Assembly: GCA_964016885.1 (NCBI GenBank)
Contig: OZ024756.1
Location: 29,078,001-29,142,000, forward strand
DNA from: Eledone cirrhosa
Taxonomy: Eukaryota
Direction: 5' to 3'
Length of the DNA: 64,000 bases
Positions within the stretch are counted from its first letter, which is position 1. The number at the start of each line of letters is the position of its first letter. This document shows positions 26,501-39,804 of the stretch, piece by piece. The notes beneath the pieces were generated by a model. The model was not told where the DNA came from and did no database searches. It saw only the letters and a program-made list of their open reading frames with translations. Both the position numbers and the translations under genes were made by a program.

Positions 26501-27419
26501 GGCATATGGTGCTACCAGTATAAGTAGGACACTCAATATGTACTCTATTAACTCTACCCTTTCCCCATGTTTTCTGTACTGTCCTCTACACAATTCTATC
26601 CTCCACACACACAACTATGTATTAGGGTGTGACATAACCACCCCCTATCCCTGCCTCTTCGCTATTTTTTTACCATTTAAGAACTCTTTTACCCCACTTC
26701 CATATTTCTCTATAAAATGTTGTAAACATGTGGATTATTTTTCACTCTTCCCTTTTCTGTTTATTTTTCCTTCTTCCCTTTTCTGTTTATTTTTCATTCT
26801 TTCCTTCTCAGTTTTCACTCTTTCCTTTTCTGTTTTTTCTCTTTCTTTCTCTTTTTTTTCTCTTTCTTTCTCTGTTTTTTATTCTTTCCTTCTCTGTTTA
26901 TTTTTCACTCTTTCCCTTCTCTGTTTTTCCCTCTGATAAAAGAGAAATATGTTTAAAACACCAAACCGTTCTTTCTCCCTCTCAGCGTCAAACTAATACA
27001 ACTGCTTATTGCGTTATTCTGCTTTTATTTCTACTGAATTATCTCCTGAATTTATCAGATCTATTTCATTGTATTGTGTGTCTGTGTGTGTGTTTAGAAC
27101 ATATTTTTGTGAAGACATGTTGCTTAGTGGTTTTGTTGTTCTGATCACAATCGTAAGGTCATGAGTTTGATTACCAGTGGCACATTGTGTCCTTGAACAA
27201 GACACTTTATTTCACGTTGCTACACATCACTCAAAGGTCCACCCTTGTTACATACTGTGCCTGGTTGACTCTCCCTGAGAACTACTTTAAGGTTAGACAT
27301 ATCTATTGATTTCTCAGCCATATACACATTCATTTCATGATTAGGTTGTTCCATTGTTCGAACAGTTGCAACATTCATCAACATATCCAATAGCAGTCCC
27401 AGTTCAACATATATGAATG

Positions 27420-27830
27420 AATGAAGGGAGAATTCTTTGCTTGCAAAGATCAGTGGGAAGAATTGCTGTCTTGTTCTGTGCGACAGCACATCCTGAGGTG
27501 GCTGTAGAGGCCAATCCTGGACCCCTAGGCTCTGGTACAGTTGGAGCAAGTGTGTACTTGGTCAGTTGGTGGTTGGGTGGCGGACAGCTTTCTTCTTTGA
27601 TGTTTGTCTTCAGCTGCCGCCTTCCTACTCTCCTCAAAGTTGGCTGCAGCTGTTTTAATGGTTGCTCTCCATTTCTCTCTGTCTTTTGCCAGGTGTTCCC
27701 ATTCCCTGTGATCAATATTGCCTTGGACCAGCTGGCGCTTGAGTTGATCCTTGAAGCATTTTTGGAGGGACCCCTTGGTTTCGCTTGCCTTGATGTAGTT
27801 TGCCGTAGAAATAATAATAATTTAACAGTT
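27420..27830 (-). pseudogene. RTE-type LINE 3' fragment
   Basis: YGKLHQGKRNQG followed by frameshifted W..AE/DR..W-type RTE C-terminal pattern. Confidence 0.55.
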
Positions 27831-28014
27831 GACCCCAGCTAGTATGAGGTGTTATACTTCCAGCCCCACTCCCATATATTAATATATTATGTTTATCTGT
27901 GGAGCACATGAAAATTTACCTTTCAGACTTGGCTGTGTTTTTTTTTATCCTTTTCATTTTGTTTTTGTTTGCTTACTTTTCAGTATTTCTTTTCATGGTG
28001 ATTCTCCCCACCCC

Positions 28015-28790
28015 TCCAGAATGTCATAAACCCTATGTTATGACATGTATGTTTCTGTCATAACCCTGCACCATTGTATATTAATGTTTAAACCTTCAAC
28101 TAAGATTCTTTGGTATATTTCCTTTACAGTGAATGACTTTTATGGTATCCTTTCCCCAGAATGTCATAAACCCTATGTTATGACATGTCTATCTGTATCA
28201 TAACCCTGTGTCATTGTATATTAATGTTATAACCTTCAATTAAGACCCTTTAGTGTTATTTCTTTTCAGTATATTAACTTTCATGGTGACCTTTCCCCCA
28301 GAATGTGATAGACCCTATGCTATGACATGTCTGTTCATGTCATAATCCTGTGTTGTGACATATATGTTTGTGTCATAACCCTGCACCATTATATATTAAT
28401 GTTAAAACCTTCAATTAAGACCCTTTTGTGTAATTCACTGTATTAACTTTCATTAAGACTTTTTCCTCAGAATGTCATAAACCCTACATTATGATATATC
28501 TATCTGTATCATAACCCTGTGTCAATGTGTATTAATTTTATAACCTTCAACTAAGACCCTTTGGTGTTATTCCTTTGCAGTATATTAACTTTAATGGTAA
28601 CCTTTTGCCCAGAATGTGATAAACCTTGTGCTATTACATGTTTTATAACCCTCTCTTACAAACCTACCCTATGACATGTCTGTCAGTGTCATAACCCTGC
28701 GTCATTGTGTATTAACATTGTGTATTAACTAAGACCCTTTGGTGTTATTCCTTTGCAGTGTGTGACTTTATAGTGTATTAACCCTGTGCT
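28015..28790. repeat. Degenerate ~140 bp tandem satellite
   Basis: Recurring cagaatgtcataaaccctatgttatgacatgt...cataaccctg...attgtatattaatgtt...accttcaactaagaccc. Confidence 0.85.
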
Positions 28791-30129
28791 CTTACATCAC
28801 TAGTGTAGTCAGAGATGCAGCTCAATGAAAAATCACTCCTATGACATCACAATGTTATAACAAAACACTATGGCATAAAAATTTAGTAATAATTCTTCAC
28901 TATAACATTGCGATGTCATAATGCTTTATTTATTTTATCTATCTTCCTATCTATTTGTATGTATGTATATCTAATTATCTGTATGTTTGTCTCTCTGTTT
29001 TTCTACCTATCTCTATGTCTGTCTATCACGGTGGATTGGCAGTATCGGTAAAGGGTTGGACGCCATGCTTTGACGCATAGAGTTACGGCTCTTGCCATTC
29101 TGAGTTCAAATCCCACCGAGGTTAACTTTGCCTTTCATCCTTACGGGGTCGATAAAATAAAGTACCAGTAATACACTGGGATAATTGCTGGCCTTGTGCC
29201 AAACGTAGAAACAATTATATCTGAGGGTGGTGGTTTGGCAGTATCGGTAGAGCGTCGAAGAACACCATGCTTTGCAGCACAGAGTTACGCCCCTTTCTGA
29301 TCTGAGTTCAAATCCCGCCGAGGTTAACTTTGCCTTTCATCCTTACGGGGTCGATAAAATAAAGTACCAGTAATGCACTGGGATAATTGTTGGCCTTGTG
29401 CCAAAAGTAGAAACCATTATATCTGTCTGTCTCTCTATATATCTATCAATCTATTTATCTTTCTGTCCATCTACTTTTATCTCTACGCTTTTCTGCTTGT
29501 CTATCTATTTAACTGCATCTACCTAGCTACCTGTATTTTTGTCCATCTGTCTACATAGGTATCTGTCTGTCTGTCTGCCCATCTATTTGTATGTCTCTCT
29601 GGCAATCTAAACTAGCTACCTGTCTGTCTGAAAGAAATATATCTATTTATTTATCTACACATCTGTCTGCCTATCTACACATCTGTCTGTCTATCTACAC
29701 ATCTGTCTGTCTATCTACACATCTGTCTGTCTATCTACACATCTGTCTATCTACACCTGTCTGTCTATATAAAATCAAATAAAATCATCATTTTACGTCC
29801 GCTTTTCCCTGCTTGCAAGGGTGAGATGGGAACTGATTCTGGCTTGATTTCTACAGCTGGATGCCCTTCCTAACACCAACCTCATTTTCAGTGAGTGCTG
29901 GGTGCTTTTTTTTTTCCGTGGCGCCTACACGTCCACTTTACAGTGGAATGATAGGGACCCCAGTCCCTATCATCTCATTTCTACAGCTGAGTAAACTGGA
30001 GCAATGGGAAATAAAGTGTCTTACTCAAGGACACAACACATACCCGCACCCGAACTGAGAATTGAACTCACAACCTTTCGATTGCAAGACCAATGCTCTA
30101 ACCACTAAGCCATGTGCCTCCCTATATAT

Positions 30130-30725
30130 ATCTATCTATCTATTTACACATCTGTATATCTGTCTATCTACATATCTGTCTGTCTATCTATCTACATATC
30201 TGTCTGTCTATCTATCTACATATCTGTCTGTCTATCTATCTACATGTCTGTCCGTCTGTCGTCTGTCTGTCGTCTGTCGTCTCTGTCTGCCGTATGTCTG
30301 TCTGTCGTCTCTGTCTGCCGTATGTCTGTCTGTCGTCTCTGTCTGCCGTATGTCTGTCTGTTGTCTGTCTGTCGTCTGTCTGTTGTCTGTCTGCCGTCTG
30401 TCTGTTGTCTGTCTGTCGTCTGTCTGTTGTCTGTCTGCCTGTCGTCTGTCTGTCTGTTGTCTGTCGTCTGTCTGTCTGTCTGTCTGTCGTCTGTCTGTTT
30501 GTCTGTCTGTCGTCTGTCTGTCGTCTGTCTGTTTGTCTGTCTGTCGTCTGTCTGTTTGTCTGTCTGTCGTCTGTCTGTTTGTCTGTCGTCTGTCTGTCTG
30601 TCTGTTTGTCTGTCGTCTGTCTGTTTGTCTGTCTGTCGTCTGTCTGTCTGTCGTCTGTCTGTCTGTCTGTCTGTCTGTCGTATGTCTGTCTGTCTGTCTG
30701 TCATCTGTCTGTCATCTGTCTGTCT
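30130..30725. repeat. (TCTA/TCTG)n microsatellite with GTC interruptions
   Basis: Direct reading. Confidence 0.95.
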
Positions 30726-31514
30726 AAATATATATCCAATATAACATTATATTGCTACACTGGGTTGAGATTTATATATGTATGTATAGGTGTATCTATA
30801 TGTACATAAGGTGGTGAATTGGCAGAGTCATTAGAACGGCAGATAGAATACTCTATGGTATTCATTCTGGCTCTCTGAGTTCAAATCCCACCGAGGTCAA
30901 CTTTATCTTTCATCCTTTTGAGGTCGATAAAAAAAGGGCCAGTCAACTACTACGGTCAATTCTTTCTCTATATTTTTCTCACTTCTACTCTCTCACTCTC
31001 TATCCTTCTCTGGAAAGAATCTGCTGTACTTCGGCAGGCTTAAAATGCCCAAGAAACGCTGTATATCAATACAACTCACTCCCTTGCAATATGGCATTTC
31101 TAGGGCATTTTTTAAACCTAGTGGAGACCATCTCTTCTCCAGGCTTGACTACAGTAGAATTCTTCCAGAGAAGGATAGAAAGAGTGAAAGAAAGGAAGTG
31201 AGAAAGAGATACGGAGGAAGAATTGTCCCCAGTACTTGACTGGTACTTTTTTTATCCACCATGAATGGATGGCAGGCAAAGTTGACCTTGGCGGGATTTG
31301 AACTGAGAGAGCTGGAATGAATACCACAGAGCATTCTATCTGACGTTCTAAAGACTCTGCCAATTCGCCTAAGTGAGTTTATATCTTCTAAAGCTATCTC
31401 TTTAAGTCAAGGCCACAACTTAGTTTAGTAAATATAGACTGATAAAACAAATACCAGGTTGAAATATGTCTTGGGGTAAATAGGATAAACGGATAAACTC
31501 ACACATATGCACGG

Positions 31515-31554
<40 letters not shown>

Positions 31555-31562
<8 letters not shown>

Positions 31563-32000
31563 CACCAACACCCCACACACACACATGTAACACCCCCCCA
31601 CACACACCTACATGTAAAAAACCAAACATATACACACCTACATGTAACACCTACATGTAACACCAACCACACACACACCTACATGTAACACCAACCACAC
31701 ACACACCTACATGTAACACCAACCACACACACACATACATGTAACACCAACCACACACACACCTACATGTAACACCAACCACATACCTACATGTAACACC
31801 AACCACACACACACCTACATGTAACACCAACCACACACACACCTACATGTAACACCAACCACATACCTACATGTAACACCAACCACACACACACCTACAT
31901 GTAACACCAACCACACACCTACATGTAACACCAACCACACACACCTACATGTAACACCAACCAAACACACCTACATACACACACACCTACATGTAACACA
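31555..32000. repeat. ~26-28 bp minisatellite cctacatgtaacaccaacc(ac)n
   Basis: Direct reading, ~15 copies. Confidence 0.9.
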
Positions 32001-32327
32001 CACACACAAGACACACCTGGCTACAACACACACATGATATGACTGGGGTCTTTTCTATTTTGCATGTTAGTCTTTTTCTTCTGTTTCGTCTTTTTCTTCT
32101 GTTTCGTCTTCTTTTTCTTCTTTTTCTTCTTCTTTTTCTTCTTTTTCTTCTTCTTTTTCTTCTTTTTCTTCTTTTGCTTCTCCATTTTTTTTCCTCCTCA
32201 TCTCTTCCTCATCTCTTCATCTTCTCTACATCTTCTCGCCTTCTTTTCTTCATCATCTTCTCTACATCTTCTATTTGTTTTCTTCATCATCATCTTCTCT
32301 TCATCTTCTATTTGTTTTCTTCTACAG

Positions 32328-32596
32328 GTTACCTGGAAGAGGTGACAGGAGATGTGAACGCCACATTTTACATGAGTGGCATCATGCTTACTTTGTCTGG
32401 CGTGATTTCTCTGCCCTTGAATCGACTGAAGAATTGGCAGCTGGAGCGCGACCAACGGGACTTTGAAAAGCAGCAGCAGCAGTACCAACAGCAGCAGCAG
32501 GCTGCTACTGCTGCCAAGAAAGATAAGAGGGCGATGATGCATGTCAAACAAGCCAATGGACTCCCACCCTCAGACAATGCTCCTGCCGCCACATAG
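32328..32596 (+). CDS. SLC16/MCT alternative last exon B (predicted 722 aa isoform, polyQ tail)
   Basis: Long pyrimidine tract, tctacag| GYLEEVTGDVNATFYMSGIMLTLSGVISLPLNRLKNWQLERDQ...QQQQYQQQQQ...NAPAAT*; same phase as exon A. Confidence 0.9.
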
Positions 32597-32901
32597 TGGC
32601 TACTGCCCCACCCACTCCCACATCGGAGATTGACAGTGAGAGAAAATAAGCGGCAGTGCAGGGGCTACGCTTCTTTTCTTTTCTTTTTTTTTATATATAT
32701 TTGGTGGAGTGCGTGGGTAGTCGTGGGTGGATTGTCCCCCCCCCCCCAACACCGCCCCCATCTTCACGTTACTATGTCACAAAACAAAAAAAATTGTTTT
32801 CCACCCATGCCCACACACCCACCCACATTGACACATACATACACAGAAATAATTATATATATTAATATATATATGTCCGTGTGTACATATATATGTTTTT
32901 A

Positions 32902-32936
<35 letters not shown>

Positions 32937-33041
32937 GTATGTATTATATGTTTTTAATTATTGAATACAGACATTATGAAAGTGCTCAATACACTCCGTG
33001 GGAGAGAATTGTGCAGTGTGCTATGTGTATGTGAATATGCA

Positions 33042-33080
<39 letters not shown>

Positions 33081-33161
33081 TATATATATAAGCTCATATA
33101 TGCTTACATACGTGTGTGTGAATATCATCTATGTATGTATATGCATATATATATATATATA

Positions 33162-33193
<32 letters not shown>

Positions 33194-33223
33194 AGGTCAT
33201 ATATACTTACATGTGTTTGAACA

Positions 33224-33282
<59 letters not shown>

Positions 33283-33619
33283 GTTTATATATATATGTAT
33301 GTTTATATATATATATAAAGATTTTTTTAAAACATAAAAGAAACAAAAAAAAAACCTAACCACCCTCATACCCCTCAGAATGTTTTATTGAAAATTTTTA
33401 TCAAAAACAAGGGGCAAGTAATCCAGTAAATGCTGAAAAACAAGGGAAGTAATCCAGTAAATGCTGAAGAAAACTTTACAAAAATTATACATAAACAAAA
33501 ACAAAAAAAAATAATTGTAAGGAAAATATGAATGTTTGTTTCAGCAATGTTGGTAAGAGCTTCTGTTCTTCATATCTCTAAGGAATATTTTCAAGTTTTA
33601 CAGAAATGTTTTATGGTCA

Positions 33620-33653
<34 letters not shown>

Positions 33654-33806
33654 AGTAAAGTGAAAGCAGAAATTCTTTGCTTAAACTTTAATCTGTACTA
33701 TATATAGATATTATATATAGCAGTGTGTGTGTGTGTATGTATGTATGCAAGTATATCTGAATATTTCTTAAATATAATTTACTGAGATGTATGTATGATT
33801 ATATAG

Positions 33807-33852
<46 letters not shown>

Positions 33853-33922
33853 CCACACGTGTACACATAAAAACGACTACACATGTATGATGTAATGATG
33901 TAATATATACATATATGTAAGC

Positions 33923-33970
<48 letters not shown>

Positions 33971-34091
33971 TTAATATAGATGAGATTCTACAGGACTAGA
34001 ACTGTTTCATTCATTAGAAATCATCAGGAATCTGGGTATCAAAAAATAAATATGGTATTTAATAAATATAAATATTTATTTTTTGATACCC

Positions 34092-34142
34092 AGATTCCTG
34101 ATGATTTCTAATGAATGAAACAGTTCTAGTCCTGTAGAATCT
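34092..34142 (+). ncRNA. Type I hammerhead ribozyme inside 87-bp palindrome (mirror copy on - strand ~33983-34033)
   Basis: Stem I agattc/gaatct; CTGATGA 34098-34104; short stem II ttc/gaa; GAAA 34117-34120; stem III acag/ctgt; GUA 34134-34136. Confidence 0.8.
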
Positions 34143-34224
34143 CATCTATATTAAAACTTTTATACTCTGCTATGTATTGAGTACCTTACTTACTGTGGTT
34201 ACCTCCGATTCAACCCGGAATAAC

Positions 34225-34261
<37 letters not shown>

Positions 34262-34461
34262 TAGTTATGTTTGTGTCTGTCAAGGTTTGACATACAATTT
34301 TGGTATTACATGTTTCCATGTGTGTATTTATTCATAGTTTACCTGTATTTACCTGTTTGTGTATGTCATGTAATTATGAATGTAGTACATACATACATAC
34401 TCACATATCTGCTTGTACATGTATGTATGTACGCCCACACACTATCATACATACCACATAC

Positions 34462-34502
<41 letters not shown>

Positions 34503-34503
34503 T

Positions 34504-34540
<37 letters not shown>

Positions 34541-35485
34541 CAGAGAGAGAGATGTGAAATCCTGACTGTGGCACCAAAGTTGTTTCAGCTTGTGTGTTCA
34601 GCAAGCCTTATTAAAGGTGTAGTAAACTTGGCACCGTGGTCGGGATTTTTCATACCACTATACCCACTCTGCATCTCCCATGTATTGAGTACTCCCATGA
34701 TTAATGGTCTCAGTACTACAGACTCTCTCTCTCTCTATGTATATATTATTCTAGGTAATCAATGTTGGTTGATCAAGCAAGCGACCAACTGTGCTGTAAT
34801 CAAACTTAAGCACTCCACAACATGGGTATTACCATATATGGTATCAGACAGTGTCAGGTCACCAATAAAAACACACAAACCTGTTGAGTTCCACTTCAAT
34901 TTTATTTTTAGTTAAATAACTAATCCATTCCTTTGTTAGTTTAGTAGCCAGATGGCTGTTTTAATTGTCAAAGCTCTTTTGTTGCACATCCTGTGACCTT
35001 CTCACTTACTAACCTTCCTCCTTTGTGTTTCCTTTTTATTCTGGTATTCTTCTGTTTACTCTAGCTGTTCTTGTGGTGTGTGTGTGTGTGTGTGTCTTTG
35101 TGTGTTGGTTCTTTCATAAGCTTCTGTATTTGGCTTATATGTATGTGTGTTGGACACACACACACACACCACAGAAAGACGAGTGAATAATAATAGAACT
35201 GAAGTGAAACTCAACTGATGCATGTGTTTTTATTGGCAACATGACCCTACCAAAGTATAACATGATTTCACTTAAATGAATCTTGGAAAACAAATACAAA
35301 AATGAAATATATATATGTGTGTGTAGGTATATATATATATATATATGTTTGTGTGTTTGTATGTATATGTGTATATATGTATGTATATGTATATATGTGT
35401 GTTTGTTTGTATGTATGTATATGTATATATATGTATGTTTGTGTGTTTGTAGGTATATATGTATGTTTGTGTGTTTGTAGGTATA

Positions 35486-35531
<46 letters not shown>

Positions 35532-35811
35532 TGTGTGTGTAGAAGTATTATATTTAATACTTGCCTGTTGTGTGTGTGTCTGTGTGTGAGTGCATGTCTG
35601 TGTGTTGACACATTTACGTGTGTGTGTGTGTTATTTTTTTTTTAAAAGTTGATCTCTATACCCATTGCACCCTATTTTAGGTTTTCAAGGGTTTGTACAG
35701 TGTATGTAAATATGCATATTGCGTGTGAGTGTATGTGTGAGTACATCTATATATATTCATATATACATACATATATATATGCACACACACACATGTACAC
35801 ACATATATGTA

Positions 35812-35852
<41 letters not shown>

Positions 35853-36764
35853 CTCTTTCTGTAATTATATATATATATATATACACACACACACATACAC
35901 ACAATTTTCAATTTAACCTTCTCACTCTCTCATTTCTGTCTCATTGCAACACACACACACACACACATCCCCCTGATTCTATCACTGAATCTCAGATAGT
36001 GGTGGAAGTAAGGTTGAGGGCAATAGGGTTCTTTTAAGAGGGAAGGGATCTACTTTAATATAGATCATAAGTGATGCACCTCTAGTGTGTGTGTGTATGT
36101 ATGTATGTATGTATGTATGTATGTATGTATGTATGTATGTATGTATATATATTCATTTCATTTTACGTCCGCTTTTCCCTGCTTGCAAGGGTGGGACGGG
36201 AACTGATTCTGGCTTAATTTCTACAGCTGGATGCCCTTCCTAACACCAACCTCATTTACAGTGTGGGCTGGATGAAATTATTGTGTACAGTGCTCGGGTG
36301 CACTACAACTCAACTTAGATACTCTCATTTAAGGGCTGGAGAGCTGGGGGGAAACAGGAAAATATAAAAGGTAGGATTGATTGCATGGACACTTTCAGGT
36401 AATTGTTTGCTCAGTCAAGTTGGGGTGGAGGGCAGTTGCGGGGTTGGGATGGGGGTGTGTGAACTGAAACAGCAGATACAACCATAACAACAACATATCC
36501 ATGGATTCGGTCTTTGAGCAAGACACTTTATTTAACGTTGCTCCAGTCCAGTCAGCTGGCAAAGGATAAAAAAAATGAGTTGTATATGTAATTCAATATT
36601 AAACAGTATTGTTTCTTTTTCTGAATCTCCCTGAGAGCTAACTTAAGTGAACATGTGTCTTTGGAATGCTCAGTCACTTGCATGTTAATTTCATGATCAG
36701 GCTGTTCAATTGATTGATCACCTGGAACATTTATCCTCAGAAGTTATTATAATAATGAAATTGT

Positions 36765-37050
36765 GTACTGTGCTCAGGTGCACTATCACTCATAAAAGGT
36801 GCATGTATAGTACATAGAATAATGTAGAAATGTCAGGAAAGTGAACAGTGTATGAGTCATGATATACATGTGTGAATGTGTATGGAGGGGGAATATCAGG
36901 TGTAGCGTTGGCAAATTTCAGGAAGCATGGAGGTTTTAAAGGATTAAGTGTCCCAGCAGCTAACAACTGATGCTGGTAGTTTGTTCCATACTTCAGTAAC
37001 TTTAAACATGACAAAATGTTTCTGAAGGTCATGGGGGCTGTGCTGTTTTC
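36765..37050 (-). mobile_element. CR1/L2-like LINE 3' end fragment
   Basis: Homologous to 59765-60020, whose - strand reads YDFRKHFFTLRVAEAWNK (typical CR1/L2 ORF2 end). Confidence 0.6.
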
Positions 37051-38746
37051 GTTCCAACACAGAACTAGAGTAAGACGGTAGGGTTTAAACAACAACAAAT
37101 CCTTCTTTTTCTTTGCCCACTTATTCCTGGGGTGGTTGTGGGGGAAGAGTCCTCAGGCACACTTTTCAAGGGATCCTATCAGAAGCAACCGTCTCTAATT
37201 GATCCGTACTATTGGAGCTGTGGTTTTTCAATTTGGAGAAGTAGTGACTCTACCTGGAGTGGCCTTTTGATCTTTGAGCTATGCACTCTATTGAGTAACG
37301 TTACTCCAAAGACCCCTTCAGAGGAACCCCATTTTGGCTGCTTGTATTTGCGATCGTATTCTTTCAGTCATTACCCAAGATTCATTAGGGTTGGCACAAA
37401 TACCGAATTGAAGAGAGTGAGTTTGGCTTTTACACCTACCTCCCTTTACTGGAGTTCACACTGTTACAAGCATGTAGGCCATGTAGGCCTCAGGTTTGAG
37501 GAAACCTTTTGCTCTTCATATCTATCAATACTAAAGGTCCTGGAAAAGGATGAGGGCTCTCCCCCAACAAAACTTGGAAAGGATTGTGAGCCCTGTACTC
37601 CCTTCCCATCAGTGATGGAGGACCTAGAAATTGTTGTGGACCCTGTACTCCCCTCCAACCAGTCCTGAAGGACCTGGAAAGGGTTGAGGGCTCTGTACTC
37701 CCCTCACACTAGTCATGGAGACTATGGAAAAGGTTTGCTTCCTTCCCACCAGTACTAGAAGACTGGGAAATGGTTGAGGGCCCTCCTCCCCTCTTCTTGA
37801 ATGATTTCCTAGTTAGAACTGGGGACAAAGGGGAGGTATAAACAAAAATAACAAAAGCTACAACAACAATAATATGCATACATGTGTGTGTGTATGTATG
37901 CATGTATATGTGTGTGTGTATATGCATGTTTATGTGTGAGTGCATGCATGCATGTGTGATAAATGCATTACTGGTTTCCATGATGATGATGATGATATCC
38001 TTCTGTTTGCTACTTGTCACCGCCTGCACCTTACCCCCACACTCTATTACCACCACCACCACTACTACCACCTCTATTCTAGACTTTCACTGCTGCTGGT
38101 GATAGCGGTGGGTGTTATTGGTGTGGTGTGGTGTGGTGGTGGGAGGGAGGTAAACAAAACTGTTTTTTTTTTTTTTTTTAAATACAAAAAAAAAAAATGA
38201 AACAAATCCTACCACCCCCTCCAACCCAACAAAGATAATAATAATAATAATAATAATGATAAGGATAATAATGATAAAGGGTGTGAAAGATGTATTTTAA
38301 ATTTTAAAAAAATCTAACCACAACACAAACACAAAACAAAAATATCTAAGACGATGCTGCTACTGCTGTTGCTGATGATGAATGAAATGATAATGATGTT
38401 GATGATGATGGTGGTGGTGATGATGATTGTGCTGGTCATGGCGATGACCTAAATCATGATGGTAATGGTGAATCTTGATGATGATGATAGCACTGGTAAT
38501 AATGATGATGATGATGATGATGATGATTATATATTTTTATGCCCCACCCTGCTTTTTTTTTCGTTGTTAATTTGCAGTTGAATCCGTGTGTATGTGTGTG
38601 TATATATATATATGTGTGTGTGTGTACATGTTTGTGAGTGACTATAATATTTCTGTTACTGTTTATAAACATATATGTATCGAACTCTTTAGCATTTAAA
38701 CTGGCTGTATCTGGCCATTCATACTGATGTTAAGGTATCGTCAAAA

Positions 38747-38804
38747 TATTGGGTCGTCAAAAAAAAAACAAATTTCTACAAATTTCATACTTGACGACCC
38801 AATA
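38747..38804. mobile_element. Tiny TA-flanked MITE nested in TTAA MITE
   Basis: tattgggtcgtcaa ... ttgacgacccaata; related copy at 40336-40420. Confidence 0.7.
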
Positions 38805-39651
38805 AATAATGTCAAAATCTCATAGATTCGATATTATGTGAAATAATTATATGAGATAAAGCCTTTGCCATGAAAATACAATAGTATATATTAGAATAAT
38901 GAAAATGCTAAAGGGTTACAACCATTGAAATTGTATAGTATCATTCATTTCATTTCATTTTACGTCCGCTTTTCCCTGCTTGCAAGGGTGGCACGGGAAC
39001 TGATTCTGGCTGGATGCCCTTCCTAACACCAACCTCATTTACAGTGAGTGCTGGGTGCTTTTTTGCCGTACCACCTCCACAACCACTTTGCAGTGGAATG
39101 ATAGGGACCTCAGTTCCTATCATCTCATTTCTACAGCTGAGTAAACTGGAGCAATGCAAAATAAAGTGTCTTGCTCAAGGAAACAACACATCACCCGGTC
39201 TGAGAATTGAACTCACAATCTTTCGATTGCAAGGCCAATACCCTAACCACTAAGCCACGTGCCTCCATCATATATATATATATATGTGTGTCGGTGTGTG
39301 TGTGTGTGTAAGCAAGCTGTGGACTACCGGCCCATCTGAGATACAGGACTCTCTAACTCCGTCATCCATCTCAAACCTATCCGAGAGATCAGTAGTTACA
39401 GTTGAGTAGCAACCCAGTCTGTTGACGATCTGTCAAACCCTTTGCTAACGAGGATGATAAATGATGAATGATGATGATGTTGTTTATACAACCATACTAC
39501 ATACACATGCACACCAATGTATATGCAGAATTGTATAATGTGTATATGGTGTATATATGAGAGTATACATGCATGTATGTATACATTGTGCATAAGTACA
39601 CTTACATACACCCATTCATACAATACATGTCTTATGTTGGTGCAATGTGAA

Positions 39652-39697
<46 letters not shown>

Positions 39698-39707
39698 CAT
39701 ATTATAT

Positions 39708-39762
<55 letters not shown>

Positions 39763-39764
39763 CA

Positions 39765-39804
<40 letters not shown>

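Noticed and set aside
32328-32596. Second tandem MCT gene or assembly duplication
   Set aside because: No other duplicated exons seen, and high synonymous divergence from exon A excludes a haplotype artefact.
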